Shown: one piece after another, positions 46,593 through 57,306 of the stretch | How positions within the stretch are numbered: position 1 is the first letter of the stretch | Layout of the letters: each line of letters opens with the position of its first letter | DNA from: a candidate division WOR-1 bacterium RIFOXYB2_FULL_45_9 | GTDB lineage: Bacteria > Margulisbacteria > WOR-1 > O2-12-FULL-45-9 > XYB2-FULL-48-7 | Reading direction: 5' to 3' | NCBI GenBank assembly: GCA_001771575.1 | Contig: MEUD01000001.1 | Coordinates: forward strand, 991,277-1,055,276 | DNA length: 64,000 nucleotides | Made by a program: the position numbers and the translations under genes | The notes under the pieces: model-generated | The model's input: the letters and a program-made list of their open reading frames with translations, nothing else | What the model was told of the DNA's origin: nothing | Databases searched by the model: none

Positions 46593-47717
46593 TTATTTGC
46601 TCAAAGTCACACTGCTGTCGGCGCCAACCGAGATATATAACGCCGCTCCGGCGTTAAGCGGGCTGTTAAGGTCATAGCCGGGGGTCTGGAAGGTGACATT
46701 CCCCGATCCGTCAAACGTAGCACCGCCTAACTTCTGGCTGGTCGCGTCCCAAACAGAGATCGCGGTGACGCCGCCGATCGCGGTCACCAGTTTTTGCGTG
46801 CTGTCCACGGCAACCGGCGCCCCGCCGTTGACCGAGATGTTCATTGAACCGCCAAACGGCAAGCCGATCCCGTTGATCCCCGCTTTCAGGACGTAGCTAA
46901 CGGTCCCGCCGCCGGTAAGCCCTCCGGCAAGCGTTGTCCAGTCCTTCACCGTGCTCCAGGGCCCAGATCCATACCAGTTGTTCGCTCTGACCTTAAAATG
47001 GTATGTTCCGGAAGAGAAAGGATTGCTGGTCTTCGGATCATTATCCGGCAGACTAAAACTTGTGCTGGAGATATTAACGACCCGATTAACGTCGTTATCC
47101 GCCGGCTCGGTTTCCGGATCTACCCAGTATTTAACATCGTAAGTAGTCGCCTCGATCTTAGGGGTCCCCATGTCATAAGTAAACGCGATCGACAGTTTCA
47201 ATACCACGTCAGAGGTATAACCCACCCTCTGGTTCGATTCCGACCCGCTGGTAATGACCGGCGCGTTCTTGGGAACATCTGCGAGGAAATCGGTTTTAAA
47301 CTTAACGACATTATACTGGTTGGCCGGTTGAGCGCCGGAAGCGGACGCCATCCCCGCCGATTTACCATAGTAGCTTTTTTGGGTCCGCGGCGGCCCGTCC
47401 CAGCTTCTGATATATACTGTGCCGCCATTTTGGTCCATTTTGTCGTACTGGTGAGTAGTGCCAAAAGTCGTGTAGTTAGGCGTGATGCGTCCCGTCGTCG
47501 CGTTAGGCCCGGGGATTGAACCTGCAAAAAACTCCACGTTCGCGCTGTCAACCGAACCGGGGCCGGAGTAACTCGGGTTAAGCGTTCCGCTCCAAGCGTC
47601 CAAACCATTGAATGGGATCTTCATGATGATACCAGCGCCGAAAGCCTGACTGGAGAGCAAGAGCGCAAGGCAGAGCATCATCACCAACCTTTTTTTAATT
47701 TTACTCAATTTCATCAT
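46593..47717 (-). CDS. Secreted paralog-family protein (FN3-like module)
   Basis: The track ORF starts at 47741, overlapping the upstream gene. ATG 47717/47714 follows AAGGAGG. Signal peptide 'MMKLSKIKKRLVMMLCLALLLSSQAFGA'. Confidence 0.6.
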   Translation of the reverse strand: MMKLSKIKKRLVMMLCLALLLSSQAFGAGIIMKIPFNGLDAWSGTLNPSYSGPGSVDSANVEFFAGSIPGPNATTGRITPNYTTFGTTHQYDKMDQNGGTVYIRSWDGPPRTQKSYYGKSAGMASASGAQPANQYNVVKFKTDFLADVPKNAPVITSGSESNQRVGYTSDVVLKLSIAFTYDMGTPKIEATTYDVKYWVDPETEPADNDVNRVVNISSTSFSLPDNDPKTSNPFSSGTYHFKVRANNWYGSGPWSTVKDWTTLAGGLTGGGTVSYVLKAGINGIGLPFGGSMNISVNGGAPVAVDSTQKLVTAIGGVTAISVWDATSQKLGGATFDGSGNVTFQTPGYDLNSPLNAGAALYISVGADSSVTLSK

Positions 47718-47722
47718 CCTCC

Positions 47723-49126
47723 TTAGAATTTTAACACCCATGGTGTTTTCGCGTTCCCGACGGGAACGTAATAGAACTTGCCATTCGCCAGATTAAACGT
47801 GGCCACCGACAGATCGTTCCAACTGCCGCCGACAAAGGTGGTCAGCGCGAAGGTCTGGCCGGCGGAATCCCACTGATGCAATTGGTCGCCTTCCGTCGGG
47901 ATGATCCCAACTTCCGGCGCGGTCTTTCTTAACGGATACGGATAACCGGTCAGGTTGTATTTGTCGCCAAAATTGACAGTTGGATCGGTGACAAAGCCGC
48001 CCGCGTTTCCAACCATGGTCAGGTATTCATAGCGCGCCGTCGGGCCTTTGACCAGGTAGACGAACATCCCTTCAATGGTCTGGAAGGTATGGGCCGGCCA
48101 GCCGGTGGTCTTGGTCAAAAGCTGGTAACCCTGGCTGGTGTAATCCCAATAATGGATCTGATCGCCGGTCTGCATCTGATCGCCGATAATATTACCCAAA
48201 CTGTAATCGATCGTCCTTAACGGATAACAGATCGCGTTGTATTCGTCGCGCAGTAAAATATTGGTCTTGCCGACCGCCGGAGCGCCGGCAAAAGCGGGAA
48301 GATCATCCGGCGAGCCGCCGGTAACCGTTCCGGCATAGCCTTTATAGTAGACTTCCGGACTGCTGGTCGAGCCGACCGTCCCGACTTGAGCGTTGTGGGT
48401 CAAAGTGTAGGTGGTCGTATTAACCGTAAATGATCCAAAATGCGCCGGGTAGCCCCCCACTAAAGCGTTGCCGTCAAACACCTGGTACCAAACGTTGGGA
48501 ACAAACTCTTTTGAGTACTGCCCCCAGCCATTACCGGTCATTACAAATATTTTTGGATTAGTTCCGCCAAACTTTGCCGGGTCCCAAACCACGTTAATAT
48601 TCGAACCCGGAGCGTCTCCCTCCCTAGAGATTGTCATGCCGGAAAACTCGCCCGAAGGGACCAATCCAGCCCCTTCAACCAGTGTAGTCAGCGCCGCCGC
48701 CAGGTTCTTATAGCCGCTGTCGATGTCGGCCTGGGAAATCGCAATTGGGGTCTCGTTTATCCCCCAGCTCCGCAAAACGCCACCGACGGTAAAGTCCTTC
48801 TTTTGGGCGCCGAAATAATAAGTCGCCTGGGTCAGCGGCGTCAGTCCCAGGTCCTCTAAGGCATTGAGCGAGAAATTGCCGCTGGCGTCGGAGCTGGCGA
48901 CCGCGTAGTCAAAGGTCGGAACAAAGCCATTACTGGGCGCTTTGTAAAAGTAGAGCTTAAAGCCGTCCAGGGCCGGCGGAAGGGAGCTCGCGTCCTTTTG
49001 CAGGGCCCCGTTGACCCAGTAAGCGGCCGGGTAAGGGGTCGGTGACTGGGCGGCGAAAGAGACCGCCCCCGGCAGAAGAACTGCCGCCACCAACACCGCG
49101 AATAATATTTTAACCGACTTTGCCAT
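47723..49126 (-). CDS. Secreted paralog-family protein
   Basis: Signal peptide 'MAKSVKILFAVLVAAVLLPGAVSFA'. 'AYWVNG' and 'YYKGYA...APAVGKTNILL' modules. Confidence 0.7.
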   Translation of the reverse strand: MAKSVKILFAVLVAAVLLPGAVSFAAQSPTPYPAAYWVNGALQKDASSLPPALDGFKLYFYKAPSNGFVPTFDYAVASSDASGNFSLNALEDLGLTPLTQATYYFGAQKKDFTVGGVLRSWGINETPIAISQADIDSGYKNLAAALTTLVEGAGLVPSGEFSGMTISREGDAPGSNINVVWDPAKFGGTNPKIFVMTGNGWGQYSKEFVPNVWYQVFDGNALVGGYPAHFGSFTVNTTTYTLTHNAQVGTVGSTSSPEVYYKGYAGTVTGGSPDDLPAFAGAPAVGKTNILLRDEYNAICYPLRTIDYSLGNIIGDQMQTGDQIHYWDYTSQGYQLLTKTTGWPAHTFQTIEGMFVYLVKGPTARYEYLTMVGNAGGFVTDPTVNFGDKYNLTGYPYPLRKTAPEVGIIPTEGDQLHQWDSAGQTFALTTFVGGSWNDLSVATFNLANGKFYYVPVGNAKTPWVLKF

Positions 49127-49139
49127 TCCTAATTCCCTT

Positions 49140-50321
49140 TTATTTGACCGTTCCAGTCAGCCTGTAAGTAAGCACATTGTCATATTTGACCGTTACCTGG
49201 TAGGAGCGTCCTTTAACCAGCGCGGCGCCGGTTATCGCGGCAACGTTTGCCGCCCCGGTGTATTTGGACGAGGAGTCAATGTTCCCCGCGTTATAAACAA
49301 TTCCGGTCAGGCCGACGTGGGTCTGGGTCGTTTCATCATACCAGCCAAAGACGGTAACTGCGTCGGTATTGGCCGGGTTAACCGCGACGTAGGCGGCATT
49401 GATGCTCTTGATCAAACTGTCGACTGTTGTAACAGAAGCGGCGGTATCGTCGGTCACACCGCTGGCAAAATCAAACGGCAGAGAGATGGTGTTGATGCCG
49501 CTCTTACCAATGGGCTTGGTCAGGTTGTACACAATGGTGATCGGACCGCCGCCGACCGCGGTAACCGTAGAGAAAAGTATGTCGGCCGACCATCTCGCGT
49601 CAAATGTTCCGCCCTTTTCCTTGGTCTGCGCGTTGTAGGCGTAAGCTTTTAACACATAATTTTGTCCCGCCAGAAAGTTTTCCGGATTCAATTGGAAGGT
49701 TACTTTGCCTGGAGCGCCGCTGACATCTCCCTGGGCGACGATCGGGACCTGGCCCGCAAGCCGAACTTCATAATGATATCCGGTCGCGCCGTAATAGCTC
49801 GGCGCGTAATTCCCGGTAAATGGGGCTTCCGCCTTAACTTCCAGCGTAGCGGTAATGATCGGCTTGATGGCAAGGGTAAAACCTATTTGCGACGCCAGCC
49901 CGGACGGCGGCGGCGGCGTGTCGATAATTGTCTGCAACCAGGTATTGACCGTGATATCGACCGGTTCGCCCATGGCTGTATAACCGGCCGATAAACTGAT
50001 AGTTCTGTCCTTGGCGCCGCCTGGGGCGCCGGCGTCGCTGGCCGTTAACCTCAAGGTCGCCGAGCCGGCGTTGGCGTCATTGGCCACGGTGTATGGGCCG
50101 CCCGGAGTAATACTCCCCGCGGTAATATCTCTGGATTCAGTAAAAGGAGTGGAAGAATCGGAGAAAGCAGCTTTTCCCCCGTTGGCTGGAGTTCCCGGGA
50201 CCAGATTGACCGAGTTTGTGACAATAGAGAAAAGCCTGGCCTCCGCCGGAATAACAAACAGACCGATCAGGAAAATTGCCACCACCCAACTTAATTTTTG
50301 TTTTCTTTTCATCATATTCAC
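49140..50321 (-). CDS. Secreted paralog-family protein
   Basis: Signal peptide. 'GINTISLPF' module. Confidence 0.6.
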   Translation of the reverse strand: MNMMKRKQKLSWVVAIFLIGLFVIPAEARLFSIVTNSVNLVPGTPANGGKAAFSDSSTPFTESRDITAGSITPGGPYTVANDANAGSATLRLTASDAGAPGGAKDRTISLSAGYTAMGEPVDITVNTWLQTIIDTPPPPSGLASQIGFTLAIKPIITATLEVKAEAPFTGNYAPSYYGATGYHYEVRLAGQVPIVAQGDVSGAPGKVTFQLNPENFLAGQNYVLKAYAYNAQTKEKGGTFDARWSADILFSTVTAVGGGPITIVYNLTKPIGKSGINTISLPFDFASGVTDDTAASVTTVDSLIKSINAAYVAVNPANTDAVTVFGWYDETTQTHVGLTGIVYNAGNIDSSSKYTGAANVAAITGAALVKGRSYQVTVKYDNVLTYRLTGTVK

Positions 50322-50328
50322 TCCTTCT

Positions 50329-51972
50329 TTATTGATACCCCTGAATTGACGGCGTCAGATTCCAATTTATCGGATTGACCGTTCGGGAACGATAGTAAAG
50401 CGGGGTCGCGTTGATCACATCAACGCCGGTCACCCCCGGCTGGGGAGCCCAGGTCCCGTCGGCCTTCAGGAACGAACAGGTATTAAAGCCATTGTTAAGC
50501 CGTCCATAGACCCGGTCGGCCTGTTCCCAGTTGTCGTTCTTTGTCCCAACGTCAAGCTTGATCAAATTAAGGTCCATTTGTCTCGGATAAGGGATCCCGA
50601 CAACATTCCAGTTTTGGGTGATCGTGTATGCCGATACCGTGTTAAGCGGCTTAACGTTCCCGACGATCGAAAAGACCTTGTCGGCATCGGTCGATTTGGT
50701 CAAGAGATATAAGCCCTGTTGCGGGTCGCTAATCGCCGCGTTCGCTCCGGGGACGGCGACCCAAGAATTGCCGTCGTAATAGCTGACCCGGTTCCAGCCG
50801 CTGTTTTCAAAACTGAAGATCCTAACGGAAGTCGCCGGTTCCGAACCAGGAGTGTACGCCCCCTGCTTGCCTAAGATCAAGTTTGGATCGCCCGGCAGAG
50901 CAAGGAAAGGAGAGTTAAATAAGGTCCATTTTTTGCCACCGGCAACAACCACATTGACCTTGCCGACTGCCGGAGCCGTCGCGAATACTCCGCCCTGGGC
51001 AACCGCCTTATAATATACCTCGGCATAGCCAGCCCCAACCTGTCCCTGATGGGTAATCCCATTAGCCGCTAAAGTAAATTCACCCGTATAAGCCGACTCA
51101 ATCGCGCCATTTTCATATACTTTTACCCAATTAGTTGGAGCATCGGTATAAACCCCAACCCCAGAGCCGGTCAGCATCCAAATTGCCGGGTTGTTAATCA
51201 TAAGAGGAGCCCAGCTAATGGTCGTTGAGGCGTTCAGGCCATCTCCGTCGCGTTCAATGTACAGCCCGGTATCAACAATTCCGCCCCCCTTGAGCGCGAA
51301 GTTGACCCAGGAGACTTTGGTTGGGCTAACAGCAGTGGATTTTGTTGCGGGATCGTAACTTGAGGCAACTGCTGTAACACCATGGTCATTACCGGTATTA
51401 AATGTTTGGCTAAATAAATATACGCCATTGGCGCCAGTAGTGGTAGCCGCGCCGTCCGGCAATTCGGACATACCCGCGCCGGCGATCATTTGTTTGGTCG
51501 CTTCACTGGAAACATATCCGGCGATCATCCCACCGCTGAAATCATTTGGTCCTCCACCGGTCACCAAACTCAAGTCGACATCAATATACCCTTTATCCCA
51601 ATTTACCGAAGCAATCTCGGCGGTCCCCATATTTAAAGGCGGGGTAGAAGATCCCCAATGCCTGACAATTGCCATGATAAATACAGGCTTGCCGTCAACC
51701 TCAAGCCAATTTTCTTTTTGATGAAAATATTTTAATTCATAAATATTGAACTTGAACGTTCCGTCACTATTAACTGTAACCTGAAGATTATTGACAGTGC
51801 TACCGTAATCATTGTTAAACACAATTAATTTTCTGGTATCAGTTGCGGTCCAATTGTTAATTTTCCCATTAACCCAATAGAAAGGCATCGTCGGCGCCTG
51901 CGGGTCGGCCGCGAAGGTAGCGCCGGTTATAGCCGCTACCGCAATCATCATTATGATAAACTTTTTAATCAA
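50329..51972 (-). CDS. Secreted paralog-family protein
   Basis: Signal peptide 'MIKKFIIMMIAVAAITGATFA'. 'FYWVNG' and 'VYYKAVAQGG...APAVGKVNVVV...WTLFNSPFLALP'. Confidence 0.7.
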   Translation of the reverse strand: MIKKFIIMMIAVAAITGATFAADPQAPTMPFYWVNGKINNWTATDTRKLIVFNNDYGSTVNNLQVTVNSDGTFKFNIYELKYFHQKENWLEVDGKPVFIMAIVRHWGSSTPPLNMGTAEIASVNWDKGYIDVDLSLVTGGGPNDFSGGMIAGYVSSEATKQMIAGAGMSELPDGAATTTGANGVYLFSQTFNTGNDHGVTAVASSYDPATKSTAVSPTKVSWVNFALKGGGIVDTGLYIERDGDGLNASTTISWAPLMINNPAIWMLTGSGVGVYTDAPTNWVKVYENGAIESAYTGEFTLAANGITHQGQVGAGYAEVYYKAVAQGGVFATAPAVGKVNVVVAGGKKWTLFNSPFLALPGDPNLILGKQGAYTPGSEPATSVRIFSFENSGWNRVSYYDGNSWVAVPGANAAISDPQQGLYLLTKSTDADKVFSIVGNVKPLNTVSAYTITQNWNVVGIPYPRQMDLNLIKLDVGTKNDNWEQADRVYGRLNNGFNTCSFLKADGTWAPQPGVTGVDVINATPLYYRSRTVNPINWNLTPSIQGYQ

Positions 51973-52069
51973 CCTAATTCTCCTAATTTATCCTCAAACT
52001 CGCTAAGCGTGAGCCACACCTTCCACTCCCCTCTGCCTCTTGCCTTCTCCTATTTACCCAATCCCCACT

Positions 52070-53317
52070 CTACGGACCGTTCTTGATAATAATGGTCGTC
52101 TTTGAACTCGACGGCCACAAATTCGTCGCCGGATCTTTCCCAATATAAACCTGATAGCCGACGTTCGGTTCGAGCTTAAGCGCGATGAGGGCGGCCTTGG
52201 CCGTCCCATCCGGGTCGTTATTCGGGATCATGATGCCGGCATCAACTTGCTGGTTCGGATCCCATTTGCCAAAAGTAGAAATAAATTTCTTGCCAGTATT
52301 TTTTCCTGCTACGATATTCACTACCTTTATTAAATCGTATGCCGTTTCAATTTTGCCCAGGCTATTCCCATCAACGTCCGTAGCAAACCATGTTCCGGTC
52401 ATGGTATTTGCCGGCATCGGCATGGCAAAGAAGTTAAAACCAGATTTATTAGTTACAACTTCAAAGGTTATCGGATATGTAAGCGGACCGCCGCCAAGCG
52501 CCGTCCCTGAATACGCGTAGTCTTTCGGATCGCTCCACTTATCGGCAAAACTATTGCCGTGCATTACCCTAAAAGTATAAATCTTTCCCGGTTTTAATGT
52601 CCCGTCCGGCAGACTAAGAGTTTTGCTCGCCAAATCACCAGGGGCTGTTTTTTTGTCGCTGGTTCCTTTTTCCGTGTATTCCCAGCTCTGCCTGGTAATT
52701 TCACGAACACCCTGCCCCGCTCCAGGCGCGGGCTGGGCGGAATAAACTTTAACCGAACCGCTGGTCGTATCAGGTTGGACCAACCAGGAGAGGGTGGTAT
52801 CAAACTGGGTTATAAACGGAATGAATGGCTCGTCGGCCTGATAAGTCGTGCTAAAAGAAACATTCAGCTTTACTGGCGGCGCCGGCGGATTGGGGACCGA
52901 AACCGCCTGATTGTTATAAAAAGCGCCCTGGATGGGAGCGACTGAATTCCAAACCCTGACATAATAAGCGCCGGCGGGAACTTTATAATAATAATCGAAT
53001 TCCCCTGCCTGGGTAATTCCCAAGTTTTCATTGTCTTTTCCAACCGTCGTATTATCAGAAGTTAACAGCGATTGGCCGGTGGCTAAAAACCCGGAATTGT
53101 TTCTGTCGGGAGGGGCCACAGATCCCTTGATCAACTGAACAAGACTGCCAACTTTGACCAGCGCGCCGGTTTCGGTAGTAACGCTATAACCAGGAAGAGT
53201 TGTGTCGGTCCAGGTAGTGAAAGTCACGCCATTATCTTCAGCCAGCGCCAAGCCTGCGGAGAGAGCGATAAAAAGAAATAATGCCCCTATCCTAATTTTA
53301 ATTTTTCTCCTGTTCAT
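52070..53317 (-). CDS. Secreted paralog-family protein
   Basis: Signal peptide 'MNRRKIKIRIGALFLFIALSAGLALA'. 'YYYKVPAGAYYVRVWN' and 'FNFFAMPMP'. Confidence 0.65.
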   Translation of the reverse strand: MNRRKIKIRIGALFLFIALSAGLALAEDNGVTFTTWTDTTLPGYSVTTETGALVKVGSLVQLIKGSVAPPDRNNSGFLATGQSLLTSDNTTVGKDNENLGITQAGEFDYYYKVPAGAYYVRVWNSVAPIQGAFYNNQAVSVPNPPAPPVKLNVSFSTTYQADEPFIPFITQFDTTLSWLVQPDTTSGSVKVYSAQPAPGAGQGVREITRQSWEYTEKGTSDKKTAPGDLASKTLSLPDGTLKPGKIYTFRVMHGNSFADKWSDPKDYAYSGTALGGGPLTYPITFEVVTNKSGFNFFAMPMPANTMTGTWFATDVDGNSLGKIETAYDLIKVVNIVAGKNTGKKFISTFGKWDPNQQVDAGIMIPNNDPDGTAKAALIALKLEPNVGYQVYIGKDPATNLWPSSSKTTIIIKNGP

Positions 53318-53335
53318 TTAATAAACCTCCTAATT

Positions 53336-54643
53336 TTACTTTAACAAGGGATCAAATTCCCATTGTAATGGACCAACGGCCGCCTTGCTCCGGTTATACC
53401 AGAATCCCCCGGCGGCGTCAAAATCAAACATTGTCGTTCCCGTCCAGGATCCCGACTGCCTGATAAGCTTCAACAGGCTTCGATTATAAAGCTCGTCCCC
53501 ATCCGCACCCCCATAAGCGTTGGTAAATCCCGCGTTGGCGACCGGCCTGGTAACACAAGAGCTATTACCGATCCTAAGGAAGCCGGCCGAAACGGAATAA
53601 ACTACCTTTTGGGTTGGAACATCTCCGACAAACGTCACCTTTTTAGCGGCGCCGATCATATTGACGTAAAATCCTTCGCCAAGATCAATAGCCATTGCTT
53701 TGTTCCAGGCGTTGTTAACGTATATTGCTTTATCAAGGTTTGCTTTATAAACCTCATCACCGGTGGAGCTATTGGGTGTCAATTGGCCGCCGATAACAGC
53801 CGAAATGTCCGCGCCCCCCTGCGAGTTCATCGGCATGGCGACCAGGTTCCACCCCTTATTTAAATCAATATTAAATTTACCGACCGCCCAGGCGGACTCT
53901 AAGATTGAAGCCCCATTATACAGGTCGTCCTTAACCTTATCCTTCCACATCGCCTTGTAATAATATTCGGTCGCTCCGCCGCCAACCTGTTGGGTATGCA
54001 GGTAATCCTTCCCGTTGACATTTTTTACCAAACTGGAAGTTATGTCGACCCAATCGGTTTTCGCATTATCAAACGCTCCGCCGCCGGCAGCTTTATTGAG
54101 CCCGAAGATCTTTGGCGGTTTTTGGTCGGCCGTTAATTCATCATCGTTCCAGGTCAATTTAATGTCGTTGCCGGACCGGGAAATAAACAACTGGACCGCG
54201 CCGGGGAGGGGAAGGACCGGACCCTGATCGTATTCAAGGGTAAAGTCAACAACTTCAAAGCCTTGGCCGGTTATTTTGACCTCTTTGGGGTTGGCGCCGT
54301 ACTTATCAATTGGGTCTTTCGCCACCGCGGCATAATACGTCGCCGTTGGGTCGATCGGCAAAGAAGCGTGGTTGTAAATATTGAGCATATATGACGCCGT
54401 TCCCATTACTGGTTGAACATTGCCATACGGAGCGGTTGAAACATAGGCTCCGGGCAAAACCTTATAAAATACTACTTGTCTGCTCCCCCATACCGTTGAA
54501 GCCGCGGGGTTCGTCGAATGCATCGTTAAGGTTCCCCTAAGCCAGTACATGGCGTTAAATACCGGCGGCGGCTCCACCGCAAAGGCGGGGAGGGCCGCAA
54601 AAGAGGTAAGTAACAGTAATAATATTAAGCTGAACTTCTTCAC
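53336..54643 (-). CDS. Secreted paralog-family protein
   Basis: Signal peptide 'MKKFSLILLLLLTSFAALPAFA'. 'YWLRG', 'YYYKAMW...AWAVGKFNIDL...GWNLVAMPM'. Confidence 0.7.
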   Translation of the reverse strand: MKKFSLILLLLLTSFAALPAFAVEPPPVFNAMYWLRGTLTMHSTNPAASTVWGSRQVVFYKVLPGAYVSTAPYGNVQPVMGTASYMLNIYNHASLPIDPTATYYAAVAKDPIDKYGANPKEVKITGQGFEVVDFTLEYDQGPVLPLPGAVQLFISRSGNDIKLTWNDDELTADQKPPKIFGLNKAAGGGAFDNAKTDWVDITSSLVKNVNGKDYLHTQQVGGGATEYYYKAMWKDKVKDDLYNGASILESAWAVGKFNIDLNKGWNLVAMPMNSQGGADISAVIGGQLTPNSSTGDEVYKANLDKAIYVNNAWNKAMAIDLGEGFYVNMIGAAKKVTFVGDVPTQKVVYSVSAGFLRIGNSSCVTRPVANAGFTNAYGGADGDELYNRSLLKLIRQSGSWTGTTMFDFDAAGGFWYNRSKAAVGPLQWEFDPLLK

Positions 54644-54651
54644 ATTTCTCC

Positions 54652-55968
54652 CTATTTGCCGACTTCCCTGGTCATTTTAAAGTTGACGATGCTCGGCGAT
54701 ACGCTTACTTGATAAACCTTATTTTCCAGGGTTTCTGTCCCGTTCCCGGCGGTACCGACTGAACCTGTCCAAACGCCGCTGGAGATGGTATACCCTTCCA
54801 TTCTCTGGGAGCTATTGACGTCTTTATTCCACCAGCCGACCGATTTTACGGCGGCCCCGCCGGCAAAAGTATTGATCGCGTCAACTAATCCTTTGACCGT
54901 CTTAGCGGTCAGTTCGGTGCTGGTCAAAGTCTCTCCCTGTTTTGTGTAAAAGATCGTCTTGGTCGGATCAAGAGTAAACTCGAATTGGTTGACCCCCAGG
55001 TCGGCGGTCTTGACAAGATTAAGGACCATTGATTCTCCGGCCACGCCGCCCCCCTCGCCTATGACCGCGACCTTGAAGGGGATCGCGGGACTAGGCGTGT
55101 TGCCAAAATAGTTGACCGCCACGACCCTGGCGTAATAAGTCGCATTCGTGTCGCTGAAGAAAGTCTTATCCGGATCGTTGGTTTTATCCAGCGTATAGGA
55201 TGTCTCATCCAGCTGAATTTTATAAGGGGGGTTTTGCGAGAACGTCGCGTCCCCTTTATTAATTTGCAGCATATAAGACTTTAACGTCCCATCCCCCTTG
55301 ACCTGGATATTGCCGTTCGCTCCCGTCGTTCCATCTTTCCACGTGAAAGAGAGTTGCGAAACCTTCGCTTCTGTCCCTTCGGGATAAAGGTCCTTATTGG
55401 TCGACTCGACTTGTTTAATTAAAGTTATATCAGGAGAATACGGTTTGTCGGCCTTGTAAAGGGTAAAACTCGAGAAAGTTAAATCAACCGGGACCGGATC
55501 ACCCGATGACCAAAAAGATTGTGGCGCCGAATTTCCATAATAACCATCAGTAGTCCAGTATCTAACGTAATAATTTGTGCTGATCGAATGATCAAATTGG
55601 TTTTTTACCGCGAACCCGCCGTTCCCGGCGCCGTAACCAGTAAAATCGCCAACTTTCCCCTTAACCGCTTGATTCAATAATGTCGCGTTATTTGGGTCCT
55701 TGAAAATCGCGTAAGCATCAGTCCCGGATAACGCCTGGGTCGAATCATTGGCAACAGCGGTCGGCGGGTTACTTGGGGACCCTTTGATAAACTGGACAAA
55801 ACCGGCACCTTTAGCGATAACGCTGGCGTTATAATTTTTCAGTGTTGAGTCCGGCACGATTATCCCGATGTTTTGCAGGTTCGCGAAAGCGAGTGAAGAA
55901 GAGAGCGCAATAAATACCGCCGCCATCACCACCACCCTTAGAAATCTATTTATTATCATAATTATCAT
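54652..55968 (-). CDS. Secreted paralog-family protein
   Basis: Signal-like N-terminus 'FLRVVVMAAVFIALSSSLAFA'. Beta-rich. Confidence 0.6.
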   Translation of the reverse strand: MIIMIINRFLRVVVMAAVFIALSSSLAFANLQNIGIIVPDSTLKNYNASVIAKGAGFVQFIKGSPSNPPTAVANDSTQALSGTDAYAIFKDPNNATLLNQAVKGKVGDFTGYGAGNGGFAVKNQFDHSISTNYYVRYWTTDGYYGNSAPQSFWSSGDPVPVDLTFSSFTLYKADKPYSPDITLIKQVESTNKDLYPEGTEAKVSQLSFTWKDGTTGANGNIQVKGDGTLKSYMLQINKGDATFSQNPPYKIQLDETSYTLDKTNDPDKTFFSDTNATYYARVVAVNYFGNTPSPAIPFKVAVIGEGGGVAGESMVLNLVKTADLGVNQFEFTLDPTKTIFYTKQGETLTSTELTAKTVKGLVDAINTFAGGAAVKSVGWWNKDVNSSQRMEGYTISSGVWTGSVGTAGNGTETLENKVYQVSVSPSIVNFKMTREVGK

Positions 55969-55976
55969 TTCCTCCC

Positions 55977-57278
55977 TTAATTATCCGAGTATGTTCTTTC
56001 CCAATTTACCGTCGCTGAAGTTTTTTTCAGCGAATAATAGTACCCATTTGGAATATTAAAACCGAAGTCGGCCGGCACCGTCGGGTTGGCCGACAAATAC
56101 CATTTGCCGTCAGACTTCAAGAAAGCATTTTTCATCCCCCAGGAAGCCGGCGAATTCTTTAAATAAATCTCGTCGGCGCTTATCGGATTGGCGCCGGCGG
56201 TCGTGTTCGCGACATTTAATAGGCCCAAAGAATCGAGCGTTTTGTTTTGCGGCCAGACTACGCCAACCGCGTTAAACCCGGTTTTCATGACTATGATCTG
56301 GTTGCTTTGTGAAACATTTCCCACTGCCGTTATTTTGGCGCTGTTCGCTTTTATTGAAACTAAATAGCCTTTATCCCGACCAACAGTAAACGCGGCCGGC
56401 GTATTAACCGATGAAGACAAGTACCAGCTGCCATTGGTTTTTTGGAAAGCGTTGGTCATTCCCCAAGAAGCAGAATCTTGTTTGTAATATATTTCGTCGG
56501 CATTGATCGGACTATCCTGCTTGGTCAATTGTTGTCCGAATACATTCACAAGGGCATCCCCGCCAGTATTATATGTAAAGGGAAGAGAAACCAGGTTATA
56601 TCCTACGGCCAAGCTCATATTAACCTTCCCCACCGCCGGGGCAACCGCAAAACAGGGCTTGCCATTGTAGAGTGGGTCAGGATCGGTACAGATCGTTTGC
56701 GGGGTAACCCCGGCCTGCAAGCCAAAGTAGAACGCTTCGCCATGGTTAGAGAACCCGGACGGCACCACACTGCCGACTTGTTTGTTGTGATATAAAACGC
56801 CGGTCGCGACAGAGCCGGCATTAAACTGTCCGGCAATTGTTGAGTCGGTGTAAAGCTTCCAGGCGGCGGGATCATTTTTCTGGAACTTTCCGGACCCATC
56901 ACCGGTCAAGACATAAATTTGCGCGCCGGGAGCCTTGGTCGCCTCCCAGGTGATTTTGATATTCTCACCATCACGGGAAATATAAAGAGGGACCGTACCC
57001 CAGGGAGCCGTGTCAATCTTTGTCCCTCCGCCAAACAAACCAAAGAGGCCGGGGATAAACGTTATTGTTCCGCCGGCATCGGTCGTTTTGGGGCCCAAGG
57101 CGTCGCCAACCGCATTATATAGTTGGATAGTATTGCCGGTGTCTTGCAGTCTCGGCCCGGCGCCGTTAATGTTATCATACAGGACCGTGGTCCCGTCTTG
57201 AGATTGCAGTTCATCGGCCATGGCCAATCCAGCCATCACCAACAAAATCAAACTAATTAGGGCCCACTTTCTCTTCAT
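55977..57278 (-). CDS. Secreted paralog-family protein
   Basis: The track ORF runs to 57404. The internal ATG 57278 gives signal peptide 'MKRKWALISLILLVMAGLAMA'. 'APAVGKVNMSLAVGYNLVSLPF'. Confidence 0.65.
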   Translation of the reverse strand: MKRKWALISLILLVMAGLAMADELQSQDGTTVLYDNINGAGPRLQDTGNTIQLYNAVGDALGPKTTDAGGTITFIPGLFGLFGGGTKIDTAPWGTVPLYISRDGENIKITWEATKAPGAQIYVLTGDGSGKFQKNDPAAWKLYTDSTIAGQFNAGSVATGVLYHNKQVGSVVPSGFSNHGEAFYFGLQAGVTPQTICTDPDPLYNGKPCFAVAPAVGKVNMSLAVGYNLVSLPFTYNTGGDALVNVFGQQLTKQDSPINADEIYYKQDSASWGMTNAFQKTNGSWYLSSSVNTPAAFTVGRDKGYLVSIKANSAKITAVGNVSQSNQIIVMKTGFNAVGVVWPQNKTLDSLGLLNVANTTAGANPISADEIYLKNSPASWGMKNAFLKSDGKWYLSANPTVPADFGFNIPNGYYYSLKKTSATVNWERTYSDN

Positions 57279-57306
57279 TAATTTAAAAAGCCTTAAATTC
57301 CCTTTT

